The notes under the pieces were generated by a model. It did not search any database, was not told where the DNA came from, and worked only from the letters and a program-made list of their open reading frames with translations. From Anthoceros angustus (lineage: Eukaryota > Plantae > Anthocerotophyta), in NCBI GenBank assembly GCA_010909165.1, contig VJWM01000044.1, positions 1,984,001 to 2,048,000 on the forward strand: DNA of 64,000 nucleotides. The letters run 5' to 3'. Both the position numbers and the translations under genes were made by a program. Positions 40,011-52,277 of this stretch are shown here, one piece after another. Every line of letters begins with the position of its first letter. The stretch's first letter is position 1.

Positions 40011-40786
40011 ATGAGGTGCAAACACAGGAAATGGAGGACGCTACTCGCCGCCCACCGCTGCAATCTCCGGCATGGCGGGCGCTGTGACGACGCCGCAAGT
40101 GTCCGTGATTTCCTCCTGCCCTATCCATCCAAAGGAGGCTATACGCAAGATGACCGTGAGGTGACCGACACGCAGAGATGCCTGCAGAACGCGAATGAGA
40201 GGGAGGCAAAGCTGGTGCAAGAGGTTGCTTATCTCAAGCGAGCTACTGCAACATCTTCCAAGCCTTGCTCCACCATAACTATGCTAAGACGCATGAGAAA
40301 CCATGATGAAGGACACAGTGGTAATTCCTGAGAACTATGAGCCCAGAGACTTCAAGCTACCTCTAGGTCACCTGTACAAGATGAGAAGGGTAGTGACAGA
40401 CGGAGATGGTGCCAACGATCCTGGAACACCTGAAGTTTATATCTGTCCTATCTCAAAGGTGACCATGTTCAGGCAAAACTGGTGGAGATGGGGAGGACAG
40501 GATGGAAATTTTGTGTCCTATTATGGTAAGGTTTCAGCATGTCTAATTTGTGTGCCCACTGTTGTTGTGGTTTGACCCTGCTATTGACATATGCATCGGG
40601 TGTCCAGTATCACGAGAGAGGATGGCTGAGGAGTCAGGCATGGTCTGGATGGACGAGAATGAAGACGTATCAGAAGATGACAAGCCTGACTTTGACCCTA
40701 ATTCCATTGGGCTCCAGAAAACGAACAAGAGAGGAAAGTCAAGGGCTCTGTCCCCCTCTACCTCCGAAGGTTCTGAGAAATTCTAA
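40011..40786 (+). CDS. Spliced, frameshifted accessory ORF antisense to the LTR element; unknown product
   Basis: Overlapping ORFs 40011-40331 and 40303-40525, a phase-consistent 82-bp intron GTAAGG(40526)..TCCAG(40607), then VSRERMAEESG...SEGSEKF*. The true start is uncertain. Confidence 0.5.
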
Positions 40787-41490
40787 CCACTCTAAGGGAT
40801 GGTCACATAAATAGAAGCTAGTATTAAGTGAACTTCAGCTTGTCTACCTACAGACTCCTCTGACAAACTCTCTTACTTTTTGTGGGACACGTTTGGTGTG
40901 TGAAGTGGTTCTAAGACACCCAAGGCCTCTTTGAATTGATAATGCTTCGCCCTAGGTAAGGATTTGGTACAGTATATGACATTTGGAATCTGTGGCTGTG
41001 ATTGTCGGGTTTGACATTCCGCTATTTTGGGCTTTTATGCAAAACAACCCAATTTTTCCTGTAAAAACAGGCCAAAACTGAGATACAACAAAATCATGGC
41101 CTTACATGCTGGGATCCACAAATCTGCCAACTCTGGATCCGATGGAACGATGGAAGTCAAGAAAACTACATTTTATTGTCATGATAAACTTGTACCCTGT
41201 TTACACTGTCAAAGGCTGGAATCCATTTACCCGCATCGGGGGTGGTGTATGAGCTGTGACATGTACTCCAAACACAGAGGCGACTTGGACATGTTTGTGG
41301 GATATTAGCACAAATTTCTCGTACTTCCCTCTTGTCCTTCCATCATGTTCCACTCATGTGTGTCGTCCAAGGGCATACACGCGTTTGAATGGTTGCATTT
41401 GGCTTCATCGGTATACATGAATGAGAGGGGCGCGTGCATACCGCGCCCACACACTCATGTAAACCGGTCAAGAAAAGGATGTACATGAAG

Positions 41491-44400
41491 CTAAGGGTCG
41501 TCTTCAATAGCCACATGAGCGTCATCTTCAATAGCCACCTGATCGTCGTCGTTGTTCGCCCTTCCATGGTCTTGGTTCGCCTCCATTGGCACATCTTCTT
41601 GCACGGAGCGGGCGTCATAAGATTCGCTGATGATTGAGCGTGTTTGGGCCTTCAATTTGTTTAGTTCGAGTTAGTTCAAACCCATAGGCCAAAACAAATG
41701 TATCGACAATGATCGACATCGCACATTCTTCTTGACCTTCTAGTGCCTCGCAACGCCTTGTCCGTGCCCTAAAAGCACTTGCAGCAATATCATCTCTTCC
41801 ATGTACCTTCCTTCAAAAGCGTCGTGTTCGTGTCACCCACGGTGAACTTTCATGAAAGGTGATTCGCTTTTCGAAATCTATGTGAAGGACCTTTGCAATC
41901 CGAAAGGACGATTGGTGCATCATTTTCGCAAGGCGCTATCATATTTCCGCCGCAATCTCAAATATCACCATTTAACCTCTCTTGCTCTTAAGTCGGAAAT
42001 AGCTCGATAGGTTCCTACATACATGTCTCGTCTAGGCACTTCTCGCACAATGGATGAGGAAGGACTTCAACATCCGGAGCAAGCCAGATCTTGCGGGATC
42101 TCTCTTCTTCTTGATTATACCATCGCCAAGGATTCTTCAATTCCTGTAGGGACCCTGAATTTATCCTTTCCACAATGCCCTCTTGTTCTTCCCAAAACGA
42201 TTTCCACCACACATCTTCGCCGTCGCCCAAAATGTCTTTTAATTTCTCCTCCAATTTGGCCTGGATAACTGACAATGACCTTCCAGCATCTCTTCCTTCA
42301 GCATGTGCGTTTTTGCTCCTTACTTCCAAAGACATCAGAGGGGCAGCAAAAATTGGTCCTTCGCACATGCTTCAAGAACTCGAGGCCTTCATTGGTGGAC
42401 CAGTAATGTCAGTTGAATATTGTTTACCTCGCATCAAGTAATGAAACCGCGTTCCTCCCTCTCCTCTCGAGTTATTTTGAACCGATCTTTGAAAAGAAAT
42501 GTTGTGCAAGCGATGCCGGTGACTACAGTTGGTAGCCACTACCATTAGGGATGGGCCAAACATACCTTCTAAAATCGGGGACTTGCACCAATACAATCAT
42601 GGGTTTGGCGTATAAGCACTTTCCAACACAGGTGAGTTTGGGCAAGGTAAAAGCCTCCTTATGCCTTAGCACGTCAATCGGAGAACATTTGGTCTACTGA
42701 TCATGGGTGTGCCCAACAAGGAGGAAGCCTACCTTGATCTTCTCAAAGACTCGCAATGACACCAACATGTTAAGGTAGGCGAACAGCAGAGCGTTTTTAT
42801 TTTCACGTGCCGTGTTGTCCAGTTGCAAATATAACACCTTCGGAAGTAAACCCTCGTAGTTCAATATAACATGTTGTATGACGGCGATTGTCAGGTTTGC
42901 GTCGTTCCTGATATTTCCAAACTCGATGAACAATTTTGCTGACATAGTATAGTTGTATACAAGACAGCCAACAACATGGACGTCAAGAAGCGGAGTGTCG
43001 CCATATTCTTTGGCGGATGCATGAAATGTGGGAAGGTGTCTGGTCCATTCCGTCTATAGAGTCCGAGATACCGTGGGTTTGCATAACACTTGACCCGATG
43101 CTTCATGCACTTTTCCTCTCGCTTTTAAACGCTCTGTGGTTTCGCAAATCGGCTTCATATTCTTCTGCACGCTCAATGAACCAAGGAACAACGCAACTGT
43201 TTAGTATGGCAACAATCTGGGAACATGGCATCTGTAGTAGCAAGTGCAAATGAGAATGGCCAAGTCTTGTTGGTATCTGCGCAGCCTGACCAGTGCGCGG
43301 TATCTGGCGCACTTGGCCATGACCTTTCCCGGATCGCGGTATCTGCGGCTCAATTTTCAAACAACATCGTACCTTGTTTCACGCGTTCTTTCTCGCTCCT
43401 GATCTTCCGTTTAAGGTAGTCGCATGTAGCACTGCTGCAAGCGATTATTTTCGGGATCCTTACTTTGAAGTGATTACGCCACAACCGCAAAAGTAGGAGT
43501 GTGAAATATTGTCGCCAGCCCGCGCATTTGTTGCTTGTATTCTTGAAATATTTCTCCTTTGGTATAAGAGTCCAGGAAGGTGATACGCTTCAACATTTGG
43601 CATCCGCTCTGCGATTAACATGAACAACTGGTTCATCCACGTCACTGCAGTGGAAGCATGGTACGTCGGTTGCCTCTCGTACCGGAGGAGGGCAGACTAT
43701 GGTATATTATCTGCGGCTCTCTCCTTGGCTGCTTCGTACCGATTTGAACCTATACAAAACACCCTCCTAAATGCTTCGCGACAAAGATGAACTCTGTCTC
43801 TTCCAACTAAAGTCTCCACCTTCAATCCGCCATGTTTACGCTTCGATGAAAAGAAAAGTGATTGCAAAAACGTTTCCTGCTCCCGCCTACTCATCCGAAG
43901 GAAACGATATCTCAGGTCTCGGAAGGTGGGTTTACCTAGCAGGCGCAAACAGCATTTAGCACAATACAACTTTCTGAAATCACGAGATACCCGACTTTCC
44001 AAGCATTTGAGTTCCGGCACCTTGGATTTCTTTTTTCCCTGTCGTTGGGTCCGCGTTTCAATAAATGTTTCTGATCTTGGCTTCATATTAAAAGTCCGTC
44101 TGCGGGGTGGCTCGACTTGGAAATCACCTGAGTCACTGCTGGAAAGATCATCATCACACTGAAGTGTATGTGCCTCCAGAGGTTTAAACAGATGTCGTCG
44201 AGATATGGGGGGCCTGACATCTGCATTCACGTTTACGCCGAGAGAAGCACTGAATATGATACGAGGCTCTTCTTCTTCCCGTCTTCGCATTCCCAGCGGC
44301 GTGGTCTTTTGAACTTCCGGAACGTATGGTGGCAATACTCTTGGTGCGGTGGGCTGTGAATGGCATCCAAAAGGCGCTCTTCGGGAGACATCATTAAGGA

Positions 44401-44556
44401 TTTGGAGATTGCTGGAGATCCGCCAGACAGGCCTGCAGTTCCTGTAGCATACAGTCCCATGACATGAAACATATTACACGACTTTAAGCGATGTGAAGTC
44501 GTATTTGCGTTGTTGGATGCAGTGGCCTCACCTTCATCACTTTCATCTTCGGTCAC
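41491..44556 (-). pseudogene. Transposase T1, Sola-like/DUF7869-type DDD transposase, frameshifted, with intron 43165-43372
   Basis: MPPYVP; CAKCCL...REQETFL...LCREAFRRVFCIG; WMNQLF..IAERMP..YHLP; KVRIPK...TCDYL; IDGMDQ (~43040-58); LYLQLDNTARENKN; FLLVGHTHDQ(V)DQMFS; WWKSFWEEQ...NPWRWY; acidic tail with stop at 41491-93. Confidence 0.8.
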
Positions 44557-45151
44557 TTCGTTAGGAGCCCTTTGGTCACCATCTCGCCTCTGTAAACAAG
44601 GACGTCCGGAGTGTCAAAGAAATGAAGACATCATCAACAAATCACAACATAATGGCTCAGCGTTTCCACCCGTTTCCCTCCGCTACTTTCAGCACATATA
44701 TCGCCAACTTGTTCTGCAGACTTCTCCATTTGTCTTCCTTCCTCCAAATGGTTCACAGTGGGAGGAATGGGGATGCTTTGTACGAACTCTTTCCAAGCAC
44801 GCAACATGTTCGTGATGTGGATTCAAAGAAACCGCGAGGATATAATTGTACAACGGGAAACCCCATTTCTTAATGAGTGTTTCCAGATTTGGAAGATATG
44901 TCGGCAGTTCGTGTTGTCATTCTCTTGGTGCCAACAGGATCCATTCAAATGTGATCCGCCTTCAAAGGTTTGTTGTTTCATTACTAATTTTGGTTGCACA
45001 TGGATATGTTTCCGTTCCCTAATATCCCGACGAATTCGGGTGTTTGAAATGAGTGTTCCCTCCAATTCATTTTGGTGAAGGGACAAGACACTCTTACCAG
45101 CGCATGCCACCTTCCTTTCTTTTCCCTTCCTAGACAAGGCCGTTAGTTTCC

Positions 45152-45910
45152 ATGGCGAGCGGACGCAGGAGCAAGAAAGCTGTAGATGCAGAGGTGGTTG
45201 AGGCTCTGGAGCTGCCCAAACGGTTGAAGAAAACAAGGAATGAAGCTCAGGCAAAGGCAAGAGCAGCAGGCGTCGCAACGAATAAATCCACAGTGCTCAC
45301 GGCTGTGCCATCTGCCCCTCCAATTCCAGCACAGGCGATTTCGCAGAGGAAAGATTCGTCTCATGGAAGTGTGCGTGCTTCCACATCAAAAGCGTAATGT
45401 GGACATGATTGGGGATGCACAATGGAATCCAGCAGGAGGGAGTACTGGGGGAAGTGGAACTGGATTGGGTTCGCTCCCTAATCCTTACAACTTCCAAGAA
45501 TTGCAGAAGGTGAGGTGATTGCAGGAAAGTTTGAAAAAGCGCTTCTTAATAGAGAAGGAGTGGTCTCACGATGACATGGAGCCGAAGACGAGTCAACTCC
45601 TTGGAATCCACTTATGGCGTTATGGGTAAATGGCTATGAAGGAAATCCGAGGATGAGAAAGCGCGTGTAGGGTGGATCATGTGGGTGACGGTGGATGGAG
45701 TGGATGACGAAATGTTCCTTCACTTTTGGTAACTTTACATCCTCGGTTTCATATGATGATGTAGATAGTCATATCATGTTTGTGCTAGACGCAAACAAAG
45801 CGATTCGATGTGAACCGGCGTACATTAGAGACCCTCTTCGGTTTTCCGTTCGATTGGAAGACGTAAGTGCAGACGTTGCCATACCTGACATGCATGTTTC
45901 GAATTTTTAG
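45152..45910 (+). pseudogene. Frameshifted coding-like region upstream of the ParB-like gene; unknown product
   Basis: MASGRRSKK... basic N-terminus, then frameshifted pieces NPYNFQELQK, LKKRFLIEKEWSHDDMEPKTSQLLGIHLW and ARVGWIMWVTVDGVDDEMFLHF. Confidence 0.35.
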
Positions 45911-46031
45911 GGTTTGTAAGAACTTATGTTGTGGTGAATGACAGGGAGGGGAGCAATTCTATCGAACGCTCCTAGGGTTTGTTTCACAAGGAGTCACATC
46001 AAACCGTGCGGAAGTCGAGCGCCTTGCAGTC

Positions 46032-47701
46032 TTGGCAAGGCAATCTTCTGCTCAAGTCCAGTTTGCGCAGCCTCTCACAATCGAGGAAGAGGAAGGCATA
46101 ATGGTCAGGAGAATGCAAGCCGAGGTTGAAGAGGATGAGGTCCCGTTACGCCTTTATCCACAGGCGAAGGCGGCAGCAAAGCTCGGGTCATGTGTGGCAA
46201 GCTCTGGGCGAGGCCTTGGGTCAGGGCGGCGGGGATGAGGGCGAAGATGTTGAAGAGTCTCTCCCGGTGAAGAAAAAGAAGGTGCGCCGGCCTACCGGCG
46301 CACATGAGGGGAAGAAGAAGGGAAGACAATCAAAATCTCCGTCGAAGACGAGGAGCAAGCAAGGTGGTAAGTCCAAGCATGCTTTCAGCCCTAGCAGGCG
46401 ACCCAAAAACATGGAAGAGTTGAATCACTTTCGACTATCATGCATTTGACACCGTTGAAGAGACGAGCGGATGTGGAGCAGGTGCATGTAAAAAAAGGGA
46501 AGCGAGGGAAGATACCGGTAGTTGGTGATGTCGCAACACGTGCTGTGACAACAGATACTGAGAGACTCCAGCAAAGCTATCAGGGCCGGGACAATTTACA
46601 GAGGATCAGGAACTCTGCACACAAGAAGAGGGCCCTGAGCACAACTGTAGATGTGCATGTGGAAACATTGCGGCCAGCTTCTTTCTTAACTGCGGATGCT
46701 CAAATCCGAAAAGTGGATGAGGCATGGATGAAGTCCCTTGTGAGGCAGATGCAGGTGGGGACGGTAAAGGAAGGAGTTTTGCCCCTACTATGCATGATAG
46801 ACCCTAGCGAGTGCGACAAGGTAGAAGAGGTGTCAGAGAAGAGACTGCGAGAGAATGGGTACACACTCGGAGTACTGGGGGGCAATCACTGTTATCAGGC
46901 GATGAAAACCTTATGCGAGATGCACCCAGCAGAGGATAAATATCAATGGATGGAGGCACATGTGTATGCGGGTTTAACAGAACCAGAGATGAGAGTCTTG
47001 GCAGTGGACCACAACGTCACTGCAGATAGAAGGAAGAAGCTCAACTTCATAGAACAAGTGCGATACATTCATGACGAGCTTGAAATCCTTCGGCGAGCAG
47101 ACCCTACTGCCAAACCATCACTGCGGTGGAAGTTTGATATTTATCGCCTTCTTGGTATGGTTGACGAAGATGGAGACACGGAAGACACTGATTTTGTGCA
47201 GAAAATGGTTGACCGCAAGACCCTACCATTGAGGATTGCCAGGTGCCAAGGAAGACTGTGGGAAAACGTGGACACTATTTTTGCTATGTGGGAAAGATGT
47301 GAACTCTCGAAGCAAGCAAACCAGGTGGCTCCAAGCAATGTGAAGAGGTCAAAGGCAAAACGGAAGCCTGTTCCGGCAGCTCCCGTGGGGACAACTAGTA
47401 CTTCGAGTGCTCCCCCTAAGCCAGCAACTTTGCAGTGAAAACCATTTCGAGCATTCCAAGGAATTCCTCCAGGCGACAGAGGTGAAGACATACTGATTGC
47501 TGCAACGCAAAAGGTTATCCAAGGAGACATTCCTTTGATGGGTATTGTAGAAGAGGTAACAAACAAGAAGACTCTTCATCTGATCCAAGTTGCAATTATG
47601 ACGCATTTGAAGTGTACCAGTTTCGAGTCCTGCTGCGAATTATATCCAAAGCATACGACAGACAGCGAGCTAGCCAAATTTCAGACGGCATTCTCCAAAG
47701 T
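46032..47701 (+). pseudogene. Gene with a basic low-complexity N-terminus and a ParB/Sulfiredoxin-like domain (core ~46647-47015), frameshifted
   Basis: 332-aa ORF 46440-47438 contains VDVHVETLRP...IRKVDEAWMKSLVRQMQ.G..LPLLCMID...LGVLGGNHCYQAMKTL...MEAHVYAGLTEPEMRVLAVDHN, which follows the ParB N-terminal pattern. Flanking frames continue the protein both ways; splice donor at ~47702. Confidence 0.65.
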
Positions 47702-48336
47702 TGTGAGTAACATCCTTTTTGTTTTCTTTGTTTGCTTCAACTAATCGCAGAGTGCGAGACACCGGCCATCGATTCTAGACGGAGTGCGCCGGCATACCAA
47801 CGACTGCTCGGCCCCCAGAGTGCGCCCGGCATACCGGGCGCACACGGGCGCTGCTCGAGTGCGCCCACGCGCACTGCATTCCAGATGCGCCGCATACCAA
47901 CAGACTTCGGCAAGACGCTGGGCGCGATACCGGGCGATTGGCGTCGGCTCGAAAAGCGCCGCATACCAAGACATAGACCCAAGGCGCCCAGAGCACCCAT
48001 CCTTGCCCAGCCTGCAGATGCCGGGCGATTGAGGCTTTCAGAGAGTGCGCTGATAGCACCTTCACTGTCATAGTGAGTTTGTAGTAACCCACCTTTTCGT
48101 TTGAATTGCAGAAAGAGTACCTGATCCCCGTAAACAGAGTGAAAGGCAAGCGGGCCCTCCGCCTCGCCAGCAAATGCAAAGTCCTTGCCACTCTCCACGC
48201 CACAAAGTATGTATTCTTTGGCCGATAGCTGAGTCGTCGAGGTGTCGCCTGCCATACTCATTGGCATAGGTTTGTGTTAGTGGCTCGATCCTGTGATGCG
48301 TGTGTCCAGGTGGAGAAGAACTCACTCACGCCTCGT

Positions 48337-51300
48337 ATGCCCAGCTATGTTCCCCGACTTCGTGAACCCGAACCTCTACTCGCCATAGATAGAAGCCCGT
48401 CCGGAAGGAGGAAAGTTGAAGGGTGGAGTGTATACCGCGAGGGATTGTTCACTACTATTTCCAAAGATCAAGATGCGGGACGCCCAATGCAGATGAGGAC
48501 AATGTCTTCCGAGACCCCCAACCATTGAGAAGTTTGGACCGGCCGATCCGTCACTTTCCATCCAAGCCTTTGGCCGATACCTTTCAGCCTAGCAATGTGG
48601 GCTTCGTGCGCGAGCGGCTGTGTGTCTTTGAGGAAAAGTGAAGGCGATTCCGTGGGAGAGGATTTCAAAGCCTTGTTGCAACAAATTGTGCATCCGCAAG
48701 TTCACAAGAAGCTTTTCAGCAACGAGTTTTCGAGAATGGGCACCCGAGCAAGAGACATTTCGCATCACAGGCGGCCCGACTTGCCACAACAAGGGATGTG
48801 GTTTTCACTCACCTCATGGGTCGATTCCTATGCAATGTTGTTTGAAAGCCTTCCGACGGTATATCTTGAGGGTCCGCAAGGTACGAGGAGTTGAAGCGGA
48901 GGGTTATTCAACGCACCATGGGACGCTAATAAGGCCAGCCCTCGTACAATCCTCCCATGCTTTGGCTGCAATTGCACGGATGGATGCGACTTTCCTTCAC
49001 TTGGCCGAGCGCCGAATGTGGAGGTATACAATCTACGACACTTTCACGAAGCATGAGGTTTGGATACAATACAGAGTGGAATGGAGTCAAAAGGTGAACG
49101 CTTTGTGTCGTATGCATATTTCTTGGGGTCGAATTTCAAGCGGTGAAGATACCCAAGTCAAATGCAGATTCGACTTGTTCCATATGCTGGCTGAAGTTCA
49201 ACATACGGAGCACCGATCTGGAGTTGACCAAGGTAGGCCTCCTCCCGACTATCTGGTCAGATGCATGGCATAAAAGCATGTGGAGTAATGGAGGAGTTAG
49301 CGGATGTACGCCATCATGCTCCGGCGGGCGGCGATGTCTCGAGTCGCCGCCTCCGTTGCTTTGTGGCGCGCGGGAGCCCTCCACCGCAGAAAAAGGAGCC
49401 GCATGGCGGCACCATATTGTCTGGTGAAGGGTACTGCATGGCGGCGCCCCAAGTGACAAAGGGATGTCGCCGTGCCGCGCCGTTTTGTGCCGTGGGGGCT
49501 CGGATGGCCTTGCCTCAATGGCGTATGCGAGCCGGGCAGCCGCGCCCTCATTGTGGCGGAGAGGGCGTTATGGGTGTTATCCACTCCACATTACAGCGCG
49601 CATGCCGCGCCCCAAATGTGGAGTGCACGAGGCATGGCGATGTTCCCCCAATGTAATCGCAGTCGTGAACTACGGGTGCTTTGTTGTGCAGATGAGGAAG
49701 CTTGCGCCTCCTCGGCATGCCGGTGCCCGTGATGCCCGAGCCTCCAAGCCGCGGAGGTTCACCGGCAGCTGGAAGGGGCATGTCGGCGCCCGCGTGGGAA
49801 CCATGGTTTGGGTACTCCCGTGCAACATTGACTTCTTGCGTGCGTCGCCGATTGTATGCATTCTTGTCACTATGCATTTGGACTGTGGAATAATAGGCAG
49901 CAGTATGCGTATGTCCTAGTTTCTGATCTCAGTTTCAATGCACGACACTCCAGTCTTCCCAAATAGCTCTGCTGTCTGCAAAGATATTGAATTTCGGTGC
50001 CCACAAGTCTCACAATGGTGTTCCATGACATACAGCTATGTATCAAGAGGCACTCAACAAGCATCGGATACGATTGATGGAGGAACGGAAGAAGTTGACG
50101 AAGCATCGGTCGAAGTCGTACAAGGAGCCGCAGAAATATATGTTGTTATCTATCGACGGCATGGACCAGAAAAAAACTTCTCTGCCGCATATTTTGCGGT
50201 GGCCAAAGGACTTGAAGGAGGATAGTCGGATCACAGTGCATGTTGTTGGATGCATGATACATAATTACACGTTCAGAGCGCGCGATTCGCATTATGCCAA
50301 TCTCGTGAATGATGCAAATTTAACAATAACTATTATCCGTGACGTTATACACACGTATGAAGGGATACTTCCCAAAGTCTTATACCTTCAGCTGGACAAT
50401 ACATGCCGAGAGAACAAGAACCAGCTTCTATTTGCGTACTTGAACATGCTCGTTGAACTCGGGACGTTCGAGAAGGTGAAGGTTGGATTCCTCCTCGTGG
50501 GGCATACGCACGACCAAGTGGATCAAATGTTTTCATGTTTTCTAAGCATTTAAAACATAAGGAGGCCGTGACATTGCCAACTATGGAGGACATATTGAAG
50601 TCCTCGTTCACGAATCCAGAGGTGAAAGTGTTGTGAGGTGGCGACTTCCGGACATACGTATGGCCATTACAGTTAGTGAACGCGTCGGAAGTACAACCGC
50701 GGTCCGGAAGTTGAACAACCTTTCATTTCAGCACCAGTTCAAAATCACCCGCGAGGACAAAGTTGGGCGGGGAAAGGTTACCGTTATTCGTAAAAGCAAT
50801 ACTCCACTTCCCCTTGTGGGAATCAAGATGGGCTCGAATTCTTGACTTTTGTTCCGACACACGCCATCGGGCCCGCTCCTTTGATGGCATTGCGGCGAAG
50901 GACAAGAAAGCTAGTGATGGTGGTTTGACCGCACGTGAAGGCGTGGATCACTTGAAAAAGGATCGTGAAGCGCCAACATATTTGACTGTGGAGGAAGAAT
51001 GGTGGATGGATTTCTGGAATGATCAACACGAAATCGCAAATATTGTGGATCATAACATTGGGCTTGTTCTGCAAAACCCCTGGAGATGGTACGATAGGGC
51101 TGCCGCTGAAGCCCGAGTCCCCCCTTTGCACATACCGGAAGAAGCTGTACTGGACGAGGCTCTTTTGCGTGACATACCACACAGGGACATGTATCTAGGG
51201 GCCTACCAAACTATTGAACGCCAAGAAGAGGTGGCAAGAAGGATGGATGGTGATATTATGGAGATACAGAAAGGAATGTTTATTGTGACACCGTGCGAGG

Positions 51301-52277
51301 GTGACACACACAATAGGCGCCTGGGTAGCGAAGGTTGTAAGTGTGCACCTTTGAACCGTATTTGCTTGTGCATGGTGGCGAATCGAGCACACGGATGCTT
51401 ATGAGGGCAAGTATGTTGGAGAATTTTTCAAAGGAGAATGACAATGGACCACCCAAAAAGGTCGGAAAGGGAAAGGGCCCCAACATCCAAAAGGTTTTGT
51501 GCGAAAACCATTATTATATACTACGGGTTTCATCACTTGAAAAAGGATCGTGAAGCGCCAACATATTTGATCGTGGAGGAAGAATGGTGGATGGATTTGG
51601 AATGATCAACACGAAATCGCAAATATTGTGGATCATAACATTGGGCTTGTTCGCAAAACCCCGGAGATGGTACGATAGGGCTGCCCGCGGTCCCCCCTTT
51701 GCACATACCTAAGAGTCTTGGACGAGGCTCTTTTGCGTGACATACCACAGGACATGTATCTAGGGGCCTACCAAACTATTGAACGCCAAGAAGAGGTGGC
51801 AAGAAGGATGGATGGCGATATTATGGAGATACGAGAAGGAATGTTTATTGTGACACCGCGAGGGTGACACACAATAGGCGTTAGGTAAGGTTGTAAGTGT
51901 GCACCTTGGGGCCCGTATTTGCTTGTGCTGCGGTGGCGGGCGAGCACACGGATGCTTATGAGGGCAAGTATGTTGGAGAATTTTTCAAAGGACTAAAATG
52001 GACCACCCGCCAAAAGGTCGGAAAGTGAAAGGGCCCCAACATCCAAAAGGTTTTTGTCGAAAACCATTATTATATACTACGGGTTTCACTCACTTCAGAA
52101 ACATCTATGCAGCAGATAAGAAAGCTATAAAGGAAAAGTTGAGTGCGCTCGTCCTCACATTCAACCAAACACTTGGATGAGGCAATGGAGAGTGATGAAG
52201 ATGGAGATGAGGCCTGTGTGAGGGACGAGGGTCTCGATTCAAAGCGAGTAATGACATGTGCTAAGCAACTGAAATAA
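48337..52277 (+). pseudogene. Transposase T2, Sola-like/DUF7869-type DDD transposase, frameshifted, with intron 49233-50035 and an internal 585-bp duplication
   Basis: MPSYVP; KPCCNKLC...EQETF; VKIPK...TCSIC; YMLLSIDGMDQKKTSLPH; LYLQLDNTCRENKN; FLLVGHTHDQVDQMFS; WWMDFWNDQ...NPWRWY; acidic C-terminus. Confidence 0.82.
50947..52092. repeat. 585-bp tandem duplication inside T2
   Basis: ATCACTTGAAAAAGGATCGTGAAGCGCC at 50947 and 51532; the second copy has many 1-3 bp indels. Confidence 0.9.
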
